In this document: piece by piece, positions 27,577 through 37,332 of the stretch
How positions within the stretch are numbered: the first letter of the stretch is position 1
Layout of the letters: each line of letters begins with the position of its first letter
From: an uncultured Lachnospiraceae bacterium
GTDB taxonomy: Bacteria > Bacillota > Clostridia > Lachnospirales > Lachnospiraceae
Length of the DNA stretch: 64,000 nt
Reading direction: 5' to 3'
NCBI GenBank assembly: GCA_947626365.1
Contig: CANQRW010000008.1
Coordinates: forward strand, 3,111 to 67,110
Program-made: the position numbers and the translations under genes
The notes under the pieces: generated by a model
What the model was told of the DNA's origin: nothing
Database searches by the model: none
What the model saw: the letters and a program-made list of their open reading frames with translations, nothing else

Positions 27577-29541
27577 TTAGTCCAGTTCCGTCATGCCGGT
27601 GTAAAGCTCATAGTACCGGCCTTTCATGGCAAGCAGCTCGTCATGGTCGCCCCGCTCAATGATCTGCCCCTTCTCCAGCACCATGATGGCGTTGGCGTTG
27701 CGGACCGTGGACAGACGGTGAGCGATGACGAAGGTGGTGCGGTCCTTCATCAGCCGGTCCATACCGTGTTCGATGTGCCGCTCCGTCCTGGTATCCACGG
27801 AGCTGGTGGCCTCGTCCAGGATCAGCACCGGCGCCTTAGAGATGGCGGCCCTGGCAATGTTGAGAAGCTGCCTCTGACCCTGGCTTAAGTTGGCTCCGTC
27901 CCCTTTCAGCATAGTGTCATAGCCCTTGGGCAGACGCATGATAAAGGAGTGGGCGGAGGCCGTCTTGGCCGCCTGGATTACCTCCTCGTCGGTGGCGTCC
28001 AGCCTGCCGTAGCGGATATTCTCCCGGACGGTCCCTGTAAACAGGTGGGTATCCTGAAGAACCATGGCGATATTCTGCCGCAGGTTATCCATCTTCAGAT
28101 GGCGGATATCCACGCCGTCAATGGTAATGGAACCGGACTGGATATCATAAAACCGGTTGATCAGGTTGGTGATGGTAGTCTTGCCCGCACCGGTGGAGCC
28201 TACGAAAGCAATCTTCTGGCCCGGCTTGGCGTAAAGGCTGATATTCTTAAGGATTACCTTATCCGGATTGTATCCGAAGGTTACGTCGTCCAGCACCACA
28301 TGACCCTGCATGGGATCGAGGACCACCGCGTCCGGATCGTCCGCAGGCTCCGGCTGCTCATCCATCACCGCGAAGACACGCTCCGCGCCGGCGATGGCCG
28401 AGAACACCTGGCTCACCTGCATGGAAATCTCATTGACCGGGCGGCTGAACTGTCTGGAGAAATTCAAAAATACCGTCAGGCCGCCTACGTCAAAGTTCTG
28501 GAACACGCACAGCAGGCCGCCTACGCAGGCCGTCAGGGAATAATTCACCTGGCTTAAGCAGTTCATGACCGGCCCCATGATTCCGCCGAAGAACTGGGCC
28601 CGGATCTGATTTTCCCGCAGATCCTTATTTAATATGGAAAACTCCTCTTTGGCAATGTCCTCATGGCAGAATACCTTCACTACCTTCTGGCCGCTGACCG
28701 TTTCCTCCACATAGCCGTTGACCGCGCCCAGAGACGCCTGGAGGGCGGAGAAATATTTCCGGCTCCGCTTGGCCACGGCTCCGCCTGCCTTCAGCATGAC
28801 CGGGATCATGACCAGAGTGACCACCGTCAGGTAGATATTGGTGTAGATCATCAGCACCAGGGTCCCCACGATGCTCAGGGCGCCGGAGAACAGCTGCACC
28901 AGGGTTCCGGACAGCATCTGTCCCAGCACATCCACATCATTGGTAAAACGGCTCATCAGATCGCCGTTATTGTTGTTGTCGTAAAACCGCACCGGCAGCT
29001 CCTGCATCTTGGCGAACAGGTCGTTTCGGATCCGCTGCAGGGCGTTCTGGGCGATGGTCAGCATGGTTTTCGCCTGAATGTAGTTGGCCGCCACTCCGGC
29101 CGCGTAGACCGCCGCCATCACAAACAGGGCCCCCAGAAGTCCCCTGGCGTCGCCCCGGCTGCCGTCCGCAGGCGCGATATAGGTGTTGATAATGGGCCGC
29201 AGCATATAGGAGCCGGCCAGGTTGGTCACAGTGCTGACCAGCACACACAGAAAGGCCGTCATCATCTTCAGCTTATCTTCTTCCAGATAACCGAAGATTC
29301 TTTTGATGGTTTTCCCCGTATTCTTGGGCTTCACCTTGGGCAGGTTCTGGGCGCCTCTCCGGCCCGGGCCTCCCGGTCCCCTGCCGGGACCTCCCATTCC
29401 CATAGAGGACGGCGCGTGCTTTCCGTAGCGGCGCTTCAGGCTTTCCACGCGGGCGGCGTTGTCGGTTCCGGTCACGGCTCTCGTTCCGACCGCCCCACGG
29501 CTCTCCTTTTTCCTGTTCATTTCGTTCATTCCGCTCATCAC
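27577..29541 (-). CDS. ABC exporter, fused TMD-NBD (consensus-site half)
   Basis: GSTGAGKT, LSQGQRQ and LILDEATS motifs. Confidence 0.93.
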   Translation of the reverse strand: MMSGMNEMNRKKESRGAVGTRAVTGTDNAARVESLKRRYGKHAPSSMGMGGPGRGPGGPGRRGAQNLPKVKPKNTGKTIKRIFGYLEEDKLKMMTAFLCVLVSTVTNLAGSYMLRPIINTYIAPADGSRGDARGLLGALFVMAAVYAAGVAANYIQAKTMLTIAQNALQRIRNDLFAKMQELPVRFYDNNNNGDLMSRFTNDVDVLGQMLSGTLVQLFSGALSIVGTLVLMIYTNIYLTVVTLVMIPVMLKAGGAVAKRSRKYFSALQASLGAVNGYVEETVSGQKVVKVFCHEDIAKEEFSILNKDLRENQIRAQFFGGIMGPVMNCLSQVNYSLTACVGGLLCVFQNFDVGGLTVFLNFSRQFSRPVNEISMQVSQVFSAIAGAERVFAVMDEQPEPADDPDAVVLDPMQGHVVLDDVTFGYNPDKVILKNISLYAKPGQKIAFVGSTGAGKTTITNLINRFYDIQSGSITIDGVDIRHLKMDNLRQNIAMVLQDTHLFTGTVRENIRYGRLDATDEEVIQAAKTASAHSFIMRLPKGYDTMLKGDGANLSQGQRQLLNIARAAISKAPVLILDEATSSVDTRTERHIEHGMDRLMKDRTTFVIAHRLSTVRNANAIMVLEKGQIIERGDHDELLAMKGRYYELYTGMTELD

Positions 29542-31277
29542 GCGCTCACCTGCCTTTCCTGGTCTCTCTGGGAGTAATAGATATCCTGGTAAGCCTCGCA
29601 GGAGGCAAGCAGTTCCTCATGGGTCCCCATGCCGATGATCTTTCCGTCGTCCATGACCAGAATCTGATCCGCCTCCTCCACGGAACCGATCCTCTGGGCG
29701 ATGATGATCTTGGTGGTATCCTTCAGGGTGGTGTGGAATGCCTCCCGGATCTTCGCCTCCGTAGCCGTATCCACAGCGCTGGTGCTGTCGTCCAGGATCA
29801 GGATCTTGGGCCGCTTTAACAGGGCCCTGGCGATACACAGCCTCTGCTTCTGTCCGCCGGACACATTGGTGCCGCCCTGCTCGATCTCCGTCTGATAGCC
29901 GTCCGCGAAGGACTGGACGAACTCGTCTGCCTGGGCGCTTTCGGCCATCTTCCGAACTTCCTCCATGGAAGCCTGCTCATCGCCCCACCGCAGATTTTCC
30001 TCAATGGTTCCGGAGAACAGCTCGTTCTTCTGGAGAACCATGCCTACGCCGTTGCGGAGATTTCTCAGGGAATAATCCCGCACGTCCACGCCGTCCACCA
30101 GGACCCGGCCTTCCGTTACGTCGTATAGCCTGGGAATCAGCTGCACCAGGGTGGTCTTGCCGCTTCCGGTGGTGCCGATGATGCCCACGATCTTCCCCGG
30201 CTCTACCGTAAAGCTGATATGCTCCAGCACCTTCTCGTCGGCGTCGGCGCTGTAGCTGAAGCTGACATCCTGAAACTCTATCCGGCCTTTCTGCACCTGC
30301 AGATCCTTCCGGGAAGCGTTCTCGTCTGTCAGATCGATCTGGGTATCCATGACCTCATTGATACGCTTCACGGAAGCCATGGCGCGGGCGCCGTTTAAGA
30401 ATACCATGGACAGCATCATAAGAGAGGACAGGATCTGGACAATGTAGGTAGTGAAGGCCGTCAGGTCTCCCACAGGCATATCGCCGGCAATGATCAGGTT
30501 GCCGCCGTTCCAGACCACCACCAGAGTGGTGATATTCATGGCCAGCATCATCACAGGCATAGTGGCGATGACAATATTCATGGCCTTTAAGCTGCTCTCC
30601 TTCAAATCCAGGTTCATGGCCCGGAATTTATCTTTCTCAAAGTCCTCGCGGACAAAAGATTTCACCACACGCACATTGGTCAGGGCTTCCTGAATGCCGG
30701 AATTCAGCCGGTCGATCTTCTGCTGCATGATGCCGAACAGCGGGTAGGCCGTGATCATCAGAAAGGCGATAGCCGCCGACAGCAGGGGAATCACCACCAG
30801 GATCACGACTGCCAGCCTGGCGTTCATGGTCAGAGCCATGATCAGAGCCCCCACAAACATGCCGGGAGAACGGAAGGCCATCCGCAAAAACATCATGACT
30901 ACCATCTGAATCTGCTGAAGGTCGTTGGTCAGCCGGGTCACCAGGGAGCCGGTGCTGAACTGGTCGATGTTATTGAAAGAGAACTCCTGCACCTTGGCAA
31001 AGAGGTCGTCTCTTAAATCACTGGTAAAACAGATGGACGCCTTGGAGGAAAAATAGGCTCCTCCCACGCCGCCGATGATCATCACCAGGGCCATGCCGAT
31101 CATGCACAGTCCCACGGCGATAATATAGCCTGTATCATGGTTTGCCACGCCGTTGTTGATGATGAGGGACATAAGCCTGGGCAGGGCCACCTCGCCCACC
31201 ACCTCCGACAGCATCAGGACCGGCGCCAGGATAAAGGACGCCAGATAGGGCATAATGTATTTTTTGTACCGTTTCAA
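29538..31277 (-). CDS. ABC exporter, fused TMD-NBD (degenerate-site half)
   Basis: GTTGSGKT, VSGGQKQ and ILDDSTS (D instead of catalytic E), indicating a heterodimer with the neighbour. Confidence 0.93.
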   Translation of the reverse strand: MKRYKKYIMPYLASFILAPVLMLSEVVGEVALPRLMSLIINNGVANHDTGYIIAVGLCMIGMALVMIIGGVGGAYFSSKASICFTSDLRDDLFAKVQEFSFNNIDQFSTGSLVTRLTNDLQQIQMVVMMFLRMAFRSPGMFVGALIMALTMNARLAVVILVVIPLLSAAIAFLMITAYPLFGIMQQKIDRLNSGIQEALTNVRVVKSFVREDFEKDKFRAMNLDLKESSLKAMNIVIATMPVMMLAMNITTLVVVWNGGNLIIAGDMPVGDLTAFTTYIVQILSSLMMLSMVFLNGARAMASVKRINEVMDTQIDLTDENASRKDLQVQKGRIEFQDVSFSYSADADEKVLEHISFTVEPGKIVGIIGTTGSGKTTLVQLIPRLYDVTEGRVLVDGVDVRDYSLRNLRNGVGMVLQKNELFSGTIEENLRWGDEQASMEEVRKMAESAQADEFVQSFADGYQTEIEQGGTNVSGGQKQRLCIARALLKRPKILILDDSTSAVDTATEAKIREAFHTTLKDTTKIIIAQRIGSVEEADQILVMDDGKIIGMGTHEELLASCEAYQDIYYSQRDQERQVSA

Positions 31278-31332
31278 ACCTTATTACCTCGCTTTCCTTT
31301 CTGTCATATGATCCAAGACCGGTTTCCCCGGT

Positions 31333-31848
31333 TCATCCGGTCTGCCCTGGGGCAGGTCCGGAACCTGAACCCGCGTCCCCCCGGCACCTGTCCGGGTCGA
31401 TGGAATTCAGATTCTCCAGGATCCGGTCAAACAAGACCAGCATGATCTCGAAGTCTTCCTTCGCAAATCCCTGAAACATGGTGGTCTCGACCTCCTGAAA
31501 GATCCGGCGGCTCTCCTTCACCACCTGTTCGCCCTTCTCCGTGAGAAGAATCTGATTGTACCGTTTATCGGACTCATCCACCGCCCGGCAGATATAGCCG
31601 CCCTTCTCCAGCTTGCTCAAAGTCACCGCTATGGTAGCCGCCGTCACATCATTTAACTGGGCTAATTCCGTCTGGGAAATATTGGGATGATCTGAGATGC
31701 ACATGAGAATCCGGTGCTGGCTCCGGTAAACACCTGTCGAATTCAGGCACCTCTCCAGCACCGACCGGTGGCAGCGGCCCACTTTCATATACTTGTGAAG
31801 CATCTTCTCCTCTGCCGTCGCTGATTCCCGTTTTCTGCCTTCGTCCAC
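31333..31848 (-). CDS. MarR family transcriptional regulator
   Basis: QTELAQ..VTAATIAVTLSKLEKGGYICR..DKR wHTH. First gene of the efflux operon. Confidence 0.9.
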   Translation of the reverse strand: MDEGRKRESATAEEKMLHKYMKVGRCHRSVLERCLNSTGVYRSQHRILMCISDHPNISQTELAQLNDVTAATIAVTLSKLEKGGYICRAVDESDKRYNQILLTEKGEQVVKESRRIFQEVETTMFQGFAKEDFEIMLVLFDRILENLNSIDPDRCRGDAGSGSGPAPGQTG

Positions 31849-32000
31849 TGCGCTTCACCTCCTGTACATCAGCCATGCAGTTAGTTGGCTGATAGTTAGT
31901 TATTTAACCGTTAGGTAGTATACTACGCCGTTTCGGAAAATGCAACCGGAATTTCAAATTTTTATCATTTTCTTAAGTTTTATCATGGAACAATATTAAT

Positions 32001-32017
32001 TTATCGAATTTCGATAA
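32001..32017. promoter_or_regulatory. Palindromic operator TTATCGAATTTCGATAA
   Basis: 8-bp inverted repeat just upstream of a TTGATT-17-TAGGAT promoter-like sequence for the DUF2975 operon. Confidence 0.6.
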
Positions 32018-32133
32018 AATTCTATTGATTTTTGATAATCCATGTGCTAGGATGGCAAGTAGCCGCGTGTTAGGATTGTGAAAAGGCGGACCGAAAGGAC
32101 TCAAACTGCCGCACAGAAAACGGAGGGATTTTC

Positions 32134-32580
32134 ATGGATCAGCGACTTACACGATTTACCAAACTGCTTCTGGATGTCATGTTCTGGCTGGGCATCCTGG
32201 TAACCCTGTCACTACCGCTGCTTTTCAAGTTGGTGGGAACTTATATCAAGGAGTTTCGCGCCTTCTATCTGCCCCTGACGGTTCTCTACCTGCTGTCCGG
32301 CGTCATGAGCCTGCTGATCGTCCGGCAGCTGCGGCGGATGTTTGACACGGTGCTGGCTGACGACGCCTTCGTCACCGCCAACGCCGTTTCTCTCAGAAAG
32401 ATGGCCGGATACAGCTTCGTCATCGCCATTCTGTCCCTGGCGCGGCTCTTTTTCATGCCCACCCCCGCTACCGCCGTTATCATCATCGTCTTCTCCATCG
32501 CCGGACTGTTCAGCCTGGTCCTGTGCCAGGTCTTTGAAAAAGCCATCCGGTACAAGGAAGAAAACGACCTGACCATATAG
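32134..32580 (+). CDS. DUF2975-like membrane protein
   Basis: Four TM helices and the ending VFEKAIRYKEENDLTI, next to a Cro/C1 HTH gene. Confidence 0.85.
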   Translation: MDQRLTRFTKLLLDVMFWLGILVTLSLPLLFKLVGTYIKEFRAFYLPLTVLYLLSGVMSLLIVRQLRRMFDTVLADDAFVTANAVSLRKMAGYSFVIAILSLARLFFMPTPATAVIIIVFSIAGLFSLVLCQVFEKAIRYKEENDLTI

Positions 32581-32591
32581 AGGAGGCGTCT

Positions 32592-32798
32592 ATGGGAATC
32601 ATTATCGATCTGGATGTGGTCATGGCACAGAGAAAGATAGGACTTACGGAGCTGTCTCAGAAAGTGGATATCACCATGGCCAACCTGTCCATTCTGAAGA
32701 ATAACAAGGCAAAAGCCATTCGTTTCTCCACCCTGGAGGCCCTGTGCAGGGCGCTGGACTGCCAGCCGGGAGACATCATAAGATATGAGAAAGATTAA
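32592..32798 (+). CDS. Cro/C1-type HTH regulator (YozG-like)
   Basis: LDVVMAQRKIGLTELS..ANLSILKNNKAKAIRFSTL..LDCQPGDI. Confidence 0.92.
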   Translation: MGIIIDLDVVMAQRKIGLTELSQKVDITMANLSILKNNKAKAIRFSTLEALCRALDCQPGDIIRYEKD

Positions 32799-32812
32799 CG
32801 GAGGTGTTAGTT

Positions 32813-34435
32813 ATGAACATGAATGAGAACATCCTGATTCCGGGAGAACCGGATATTCCGGAGACGGCACAAGCATCGACTGCAGAACATCCAGCCGGGG
32901 CGGCCCTTCTGCCTGCGGATGAGCCGCTGAAAAACCGGCGTCTGGAGCCTGTCCGACTAAACTTTTCCTACTTTGCCGGCCTGAGCCTGGCCTTCGGCCT
33001 CATTTACGCATTCTGCCTGTATAAGAATCCGGGCGGAATCACCTACCCTCTGTTCGTGGCGGCAGCCTGTCTCTGCGGGGTTCTGGCCTGCCGGAAACTG
33101 GGCCGGCCCGTCAAACGGGGAAGCTGGTTTCTGCTTGGCTCCGCCATCCTTCTGGGTATAGGCACCTGCCGGACTGCCGAGTGGGCCCTGATCGCTGCCA
33201 ACGGCCTGGCTCTGGTGCTTCTGGGCTGTGTCTTCGGCATCCACCAGTTCTATGAAGACGCCGGCTGGAATATAGGCAAATATTTCTCTTCTATCCTTCT
33301 GTACCTGTTACACGCCCTGGGACAGCTCCCCCTTCCTTTCCGGCACCTGAAATCGTTCCTGAAACAGCAGGAAAACCGGAAAATACGCCGCGCTGCCGCG
33401 TTCCTCGCGGGAATTCTGGCCGCGGTTCCGGCCCTCTTTATCCTGACCGGCCTTTTAAGCCGGGCCGATGTGGTGTTCTCCGGTTTTGTCCATGAGATCA
33501 TCCTGAACTGGATGCGTCCCATAACCGCGTTTCATATTCTTTTCATGGTCTGCTTCGGCTTTTTTGCCATGTACTGCCTCATCTGCTGCTGTCAGGCACA
33601 GCCTCTGACGCCGGAAGTGAAAGACCGCAGGTTCGGGGAACCTCTGGCGGCTCTGGCCTTCATGGGCAGCATCACTCTGGTCTACGCAGTCTTCTGCGCC
33701 ATCCAGATCTACTGCCTGTTTCTGGGAAAAGGCAGCCTGCCGGAGGGATACACCTACTCCTCCTATGCCAGACAGGGATTCTTCCAGCTGCTGTTCGTGG
33801 CCTTTCTCAACCTGGTCATGGTGCTGTGCTGCCTGAAATATATCCGCGCCAGCCGAATCCTGAACGTGCTTCTGACCGTCATCTGCGGCTGCACCGCCAT
33901 CATGCTGGCCTCGGCTGTCTACCGGATGATGCTCTACGTCAGCACCTACCATCTGACCTACCTACGTCTGATAGTGCTGTGGTTCCTGGCCATGCTGGCC
34001 GTGCTGCTGCCGGGCGTCGCCCTCATTATCTGGAAACCCCGCTTTCCTCTGTTCCGGTTCAGCCTGACCGTGGTAACCGTCTTCTACCTGGCCCTGGTGT
34101 GGGGCAAACCGGGTTCCGTCATAGGATGGGATTACGTCTCCCACCTGAACCGGGAGACCATCAGCGAATCCGACGTCCGGTTTCTGATCCGTGGTCTCAG
34201 CGCGGATGCCGCGCCGGCCATCGCCTCCCTGGATCTGACCTGGGAAGAAGTAAAGGCCGTGCTGCCTTTCTCCGCCACCAATGAGGCGCAAATCACGGAC
34301 AGCGCCCTTGCCCGCCCCAACAGCTGGTTTTCGGCCTACTACGCCCTTCACGCCGGAAACAATTACCGGAATATGGGGATCCGAAACTATAATTTCGCGC
34401 TGGCGAAGGTGAAGGGACTGATGAATGCGGAATAG
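32813..34435 (+). CDS. DUF4153/DUF4173-type membrane protein
   Basis: Multiple TM helices with YSSYARQGFFQLLFV and RMMLYVSTYHLTYLR motifs. Confidence 0.82.
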   Translation: MNMNENILIPGEPDIPETAQASTAEHPAGAALLPADEPLKNRRLEPVRLNFSYFAGLSLAFGLIYAFCLYKNPGGITYPLFVAAACLCGVLACRKLGRPVKRGSWFLLGSAILLGIGTCRTAEWALIAANGLALVLLGCVFGIHQFYEDAGWNIGKYFSSILLYLLHALGQLPLPFRHLKSFLKQQENRKIRRAAAFLAGILAAVPALFILTGLLSRADVVFSGFVHEIILNWMRPITAFHILFMVCFGFFAMYCLICCCQAQPLTPEVKDRRFGEPLAALAFMGSITLVYAVFCAIQIYCLFLGKGSLPEGYTYSSYARQGFFQLLFVAFLNLVMVLCCLKYIRASRILNVLLTVICGCTAIMLASAVYRMMLYVSTYHLTYLRLIVLWFLAMLAVLLPGVALIIWKPRFPLFRFSLTVVTVFYLALVWGKPGSVIGWDYVSHLNRETISESDVRFLIRGLSADAAPAIASLDLTWEEVKAVLPFSATNEAQITDSALARPNSWFSAYYALHAGNNYRNMGIRNYNFALAKVKGLMNAE

Positions 34436-34539
34436 CCCTGCTTTTCCGGCAATTCATTCCGCTGATACGCCATTGCCGGACATGACAGAGAACTGCAAAT
34501 CTGCAGCTTATTAACAAAACATAAATGGAGGCTGAGAAT

Positions 34540-35796
34540 ATGGAGCACTTTGAACATCTGTATGATAAAAACTGTTTTTCAGATTTATTTGGCGTCACCC
34601 ATAAGGTGGAGAAAACGCTGTCCTTCCAGACTCTCCGCTCAGGGACGGTTCTGCCCTATAAGATCGTCGGCGGATGTGCCGGCGGCGGTATCGTGACCCG
34701 GGAAGGAACGTATATCGAAAGCACGGCCCTGCATACCAAAAGCGGCGCAGCCTATCCGGTGGAAGAAGCCCAGATTACGGACAGTCCGGAAAAAGTCATT
34801 TATATCGGCATGTTTCACAAAATATGGGGACACTGCATCACAGATAATCTTCGCAGAATGTGGTTTCTCCTCTCGGACGTCTGCCGCGAGCAATTCCGAG
34901 ATTACAAGATCGTCTTTATTCCCCAGGACGGCTTCTCTTTTGGAAACAACTTCCGCCAGCTGCTGAGCATGCTGGGAATCAATCCGGACGCCTTCTTTCC
35001 TGTCACCCGGCCCACCCGCTTTCAGGAAATCATTCTTCCGGACGAATGCTTTTACACTCCGGACGGGGAGGTGCGTTATTTCACTCAGGAATATGCAGAT
35101 TTAATCGAGAAGATCAAGGACTATGGACGCCGGCATTTCCGCAGTCTTGATTTCGATAAAGTGTATTTCACCTATGCCAGATGCTCCGGCGCCAAGCAGA
35201 TCGGCGAACAGAAGCTGGAGCGCTTCTTCCGCCGGCAGGGTTACCGGATCATCGCCCCGGAGCGCTTCTCCTTTGCCGAACAGCTGAACATTCTTCTGAA
35301 CTGCCGGTCCCTGGCTTCCACCATTGGTTCCTGCTCCCATAACGTTATGTTTATGAATGCAGGTTCTCAGGCGATCCTGATTCCCAGAGCCAATTATCTG
35401 ACCGGATATCAGCTTGCCGTCAATGAAGTGACCGATCTTGATATCCACTGGATACAATCCGACCTTTCTGTTATGGTCAGCCGGCAGCATCCCTGGGACG
35501 GTCCATTCTACTACTATGTCAGCAGACAGCTGGCCGATTTCTTCCACTGTGAGGACGTACACTCTCCGTTCACCCGCGAGGATTATCGGGAGTTCAAGCT
35601 ATACCTGCGGCTGGGCGCGGCAAGGGCCTCGAATCTGGCAGAATGCAAGGCTCCCGCCTACTACCGGAAAATCCTTTCGCAGTGCCTGCGCAATTATCCC
35701 TCCGCCTCTGCCCTTCACCGCCCCATAAAAAAGAGCAGTCTGGTACAGCCGTATGTCCTGATCCGAAACAAACTTCTGAACCTGATTGCCCGATAA
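34540..35796 (+). CDS. Glycosyltransferase family 61 (DUF563)-like protein
   Basis: WGHCITDNL, VYFT, and PERFSFAEQLNIL..GSCSHNVMF motifs. Confidence 0.78.
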   Translation: MEHFEHLYDKNCFSDLFGVTHKVEKTLSFQTLRSGTVLPYKIVGGCAGGGIVTREGTYIESTALHTKSGAAYPVEEAQITDSPEKVIYIGMFHKIWGHCITDNLRRMWFLLSDVCREQFRDYKIVFIPQDGFSFGNNFRQLLSMLGINPDAFFPVTRPTRFQEIILPDECFYTPDGEVRYFTQEYADLIEKIKDYGRRHFRSLDFDKVYFTYARCSGAKQIGEQKLERFFRRQGYRIIAPERFSFAEQLNILLNCRSLASTIGSCSHNVMFMNAGSQAILIPRANYLTGYQLAVNEVTDLDIHWIQSDLSVMVSRQHPWDGPFYYYVSRQLADFFHCEDVHSPFTREDYREFKLYLRLGAARASNLAECKAPAYYRKILSQCLRNYPSASALHRPIKKSSLVQPYVLIRNKLLNLIAR

Positions 35797-35808
35797 CCCC
35801 GGTTCTCC

Positions 35809-35865
35809 TTGACAACTTATTCCAGTTATATTATAGTAATCGTATAATTACTAATTATACGATTA
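35809..35865 (+). promoter_or_regulatory. Promoter with an overlapping perfect 14-bp inverted-repeat operator
   Basis: TTGACA (35809)-17-TATAGT (35832), then TAATCGTATAATTA-C-TAATTATACGATTA (35837-35865). Confidence 0.75.
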
Positions 35866-35905
35866 GTAATTTGTCTATCAATTGTCAGACAGGAGGAATC
35901 CATTT

Positions 35906-37300
35906 ATGTTTGTCGGACGCGACCGGGAACTTCAGAAACTGGAAAAAGCCTATAATGGGGATTCTTTTGAATTTGCTGTCTTCTACGGCCGAAGGCGGGT
36001 TGGAAAAACCACCTTGATTCGTCAGTTCCTTCGCGGAAAAGACTCCATCTATTATGTAGCTATCGAAGGAACTGCCCAGGATAACCTGGAGGGTCTGTCC
36101 AAAGCGCTTCTGATACAGACAGCTCCGGGCATTACTGCGCCGGTATTCCGCGATTTTGAAGCGCTGTTGGATTATATAGACCAGATCTGCCAGACCAGGC
36201 GGTTGATACTGGTCATCGACGAATACCCATACCTGGCCGCTTCCTGCCCCGCCATCTCTTCCATGCTGCAGAGCCATATTGACCAATGCTGGAAGGACAG
36301 CCGGCTATTCCTGATTCTGTGCGGTTCCTCCATGAGCTTCATGGAGAACCAGGTATTAGGCTATAAAAGTCCCCTGTACGGCAGGAGAACTTCTCAATTC
36401 AGGATCCAGCCCTTCACATATTTTGAATCCAGGGCCATGCTTTCCGGATTTTCGGACATAGAACAGGCTGTTCTCTATGGCGTAACCGGCGGGGTGCCGG
36501 AATATCTATCAAGAATCCGGCCAGACAGATCACTGGATGACAATATTGTCCAGCTGTTTTTCGACGAAAACGGACGGCTTTTTGAAGAGCCGTCCAACCT
36601 CTTAAAACAGGAACTGCGGGAACCGGCCACTTACCAGTCCATTATTTCAGCCATCGCCGGCGGGGCCAGCCGCCTGAATGAAATCGCCGCAAGAACCGGT
36701 CTGGAAACCAGCGGCTGCAGCAATCAGCTGTCGTCCCTGATTTCCATAGGTCTTGTCCGCAAAGAGACCCCCGTCACCGAAAGTCCATCCAGCCGCCGCA
36801 CTCTGTACCGGCTGACTGATAACATGTTCCTGTTCTGGTATCGTTTTGTTCGGCCAAATTTAAACGCTATCGTCAGCGGTATGGGAGAACCTCTTTATGA
36901 TACGGCTGTCAAACCTGCGCTTGACAACTTCATGGGCGGCATATTTGAGGAAATATGCCGGCAATATCTGTATCTTCCCCGCATCTATCCGTCCCTTCCC
37001 TTCTCTTTAGGCAATATCAGACGCTGGTGGGGAACCAATCCCACGAAAAAATGCCAGGAAGAGATCGACCTGATGTCCGTACAGGGCCACTCCGCTCTGT
37101 TCTGTGAATGCAAATGGCGAAACGAAGCGGTTGGTTCCGACACCGTGGAAAAACTTCTGGAGCGCAGCGAACTGTTCTCCTATCCGGACAAATGGCACAT
37201 CCTTTTCTCAAAATCCGGATTCCAGGACGCCGTATATCACCGCTATGGAGAGAATCCCCATATTCGCCTGATTTCTTTTGAGGAAATGAACGAGGAATAA
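35906..37300 (+). CDS. AAA/archaeal-type ATPase with wHTH and DUF234 PD-(D/E)xK-like domain
   Basis: MFVGRDREL, YGRRRVGKT, VIDEYPYL, TGGVPEYL and EEIDL..FCECKW. AGGAGG precedes ATG 35906. Confidence 0.88.
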   Translation: MFVGRDRELQKLEKAYNGDSFEFAVFYGRRRVGKTTLIRQFLRGKDSIYYVAIEGTAQDNLEGLSKALLIQTAPGITAPVFRDFEALLDYIDQICQTRRLILVIDEYPYLAASCPAISSMLQSHIDQCWKDSRLFLILCGSSMSFMENQVLGYKSPLYGRRTSQFRIQPFTYFESRAMLSGFSDIEQAVLYGVTGGVPEYLSRIRPDRSLDDNIVQLFFDENGRLFEEPSNLLKQELREPATYQSIISAIAGGASRLNEIAARTGLETSGCSNQLSSLISIGLVRKETPVTESPSSRRTLYRLTDNMFLFWYRFVRPNLNAIVSGMGEPLYDTAVKPALDNFMGGIFEEICRQYLYLPRIYPSLPFSLGNIRRWWGTNPTKKCQEEIDLMSVQGHSALFCECKWRNEAVGSDTVEKLLERSELFSYPDKWHILFSKSGFQDAVYHRYGENPHIRLISFEEMNEE

Positions 37301-37332
37301 CTTTAGCAGGTGCTGAATAGATTCCCCTGATC

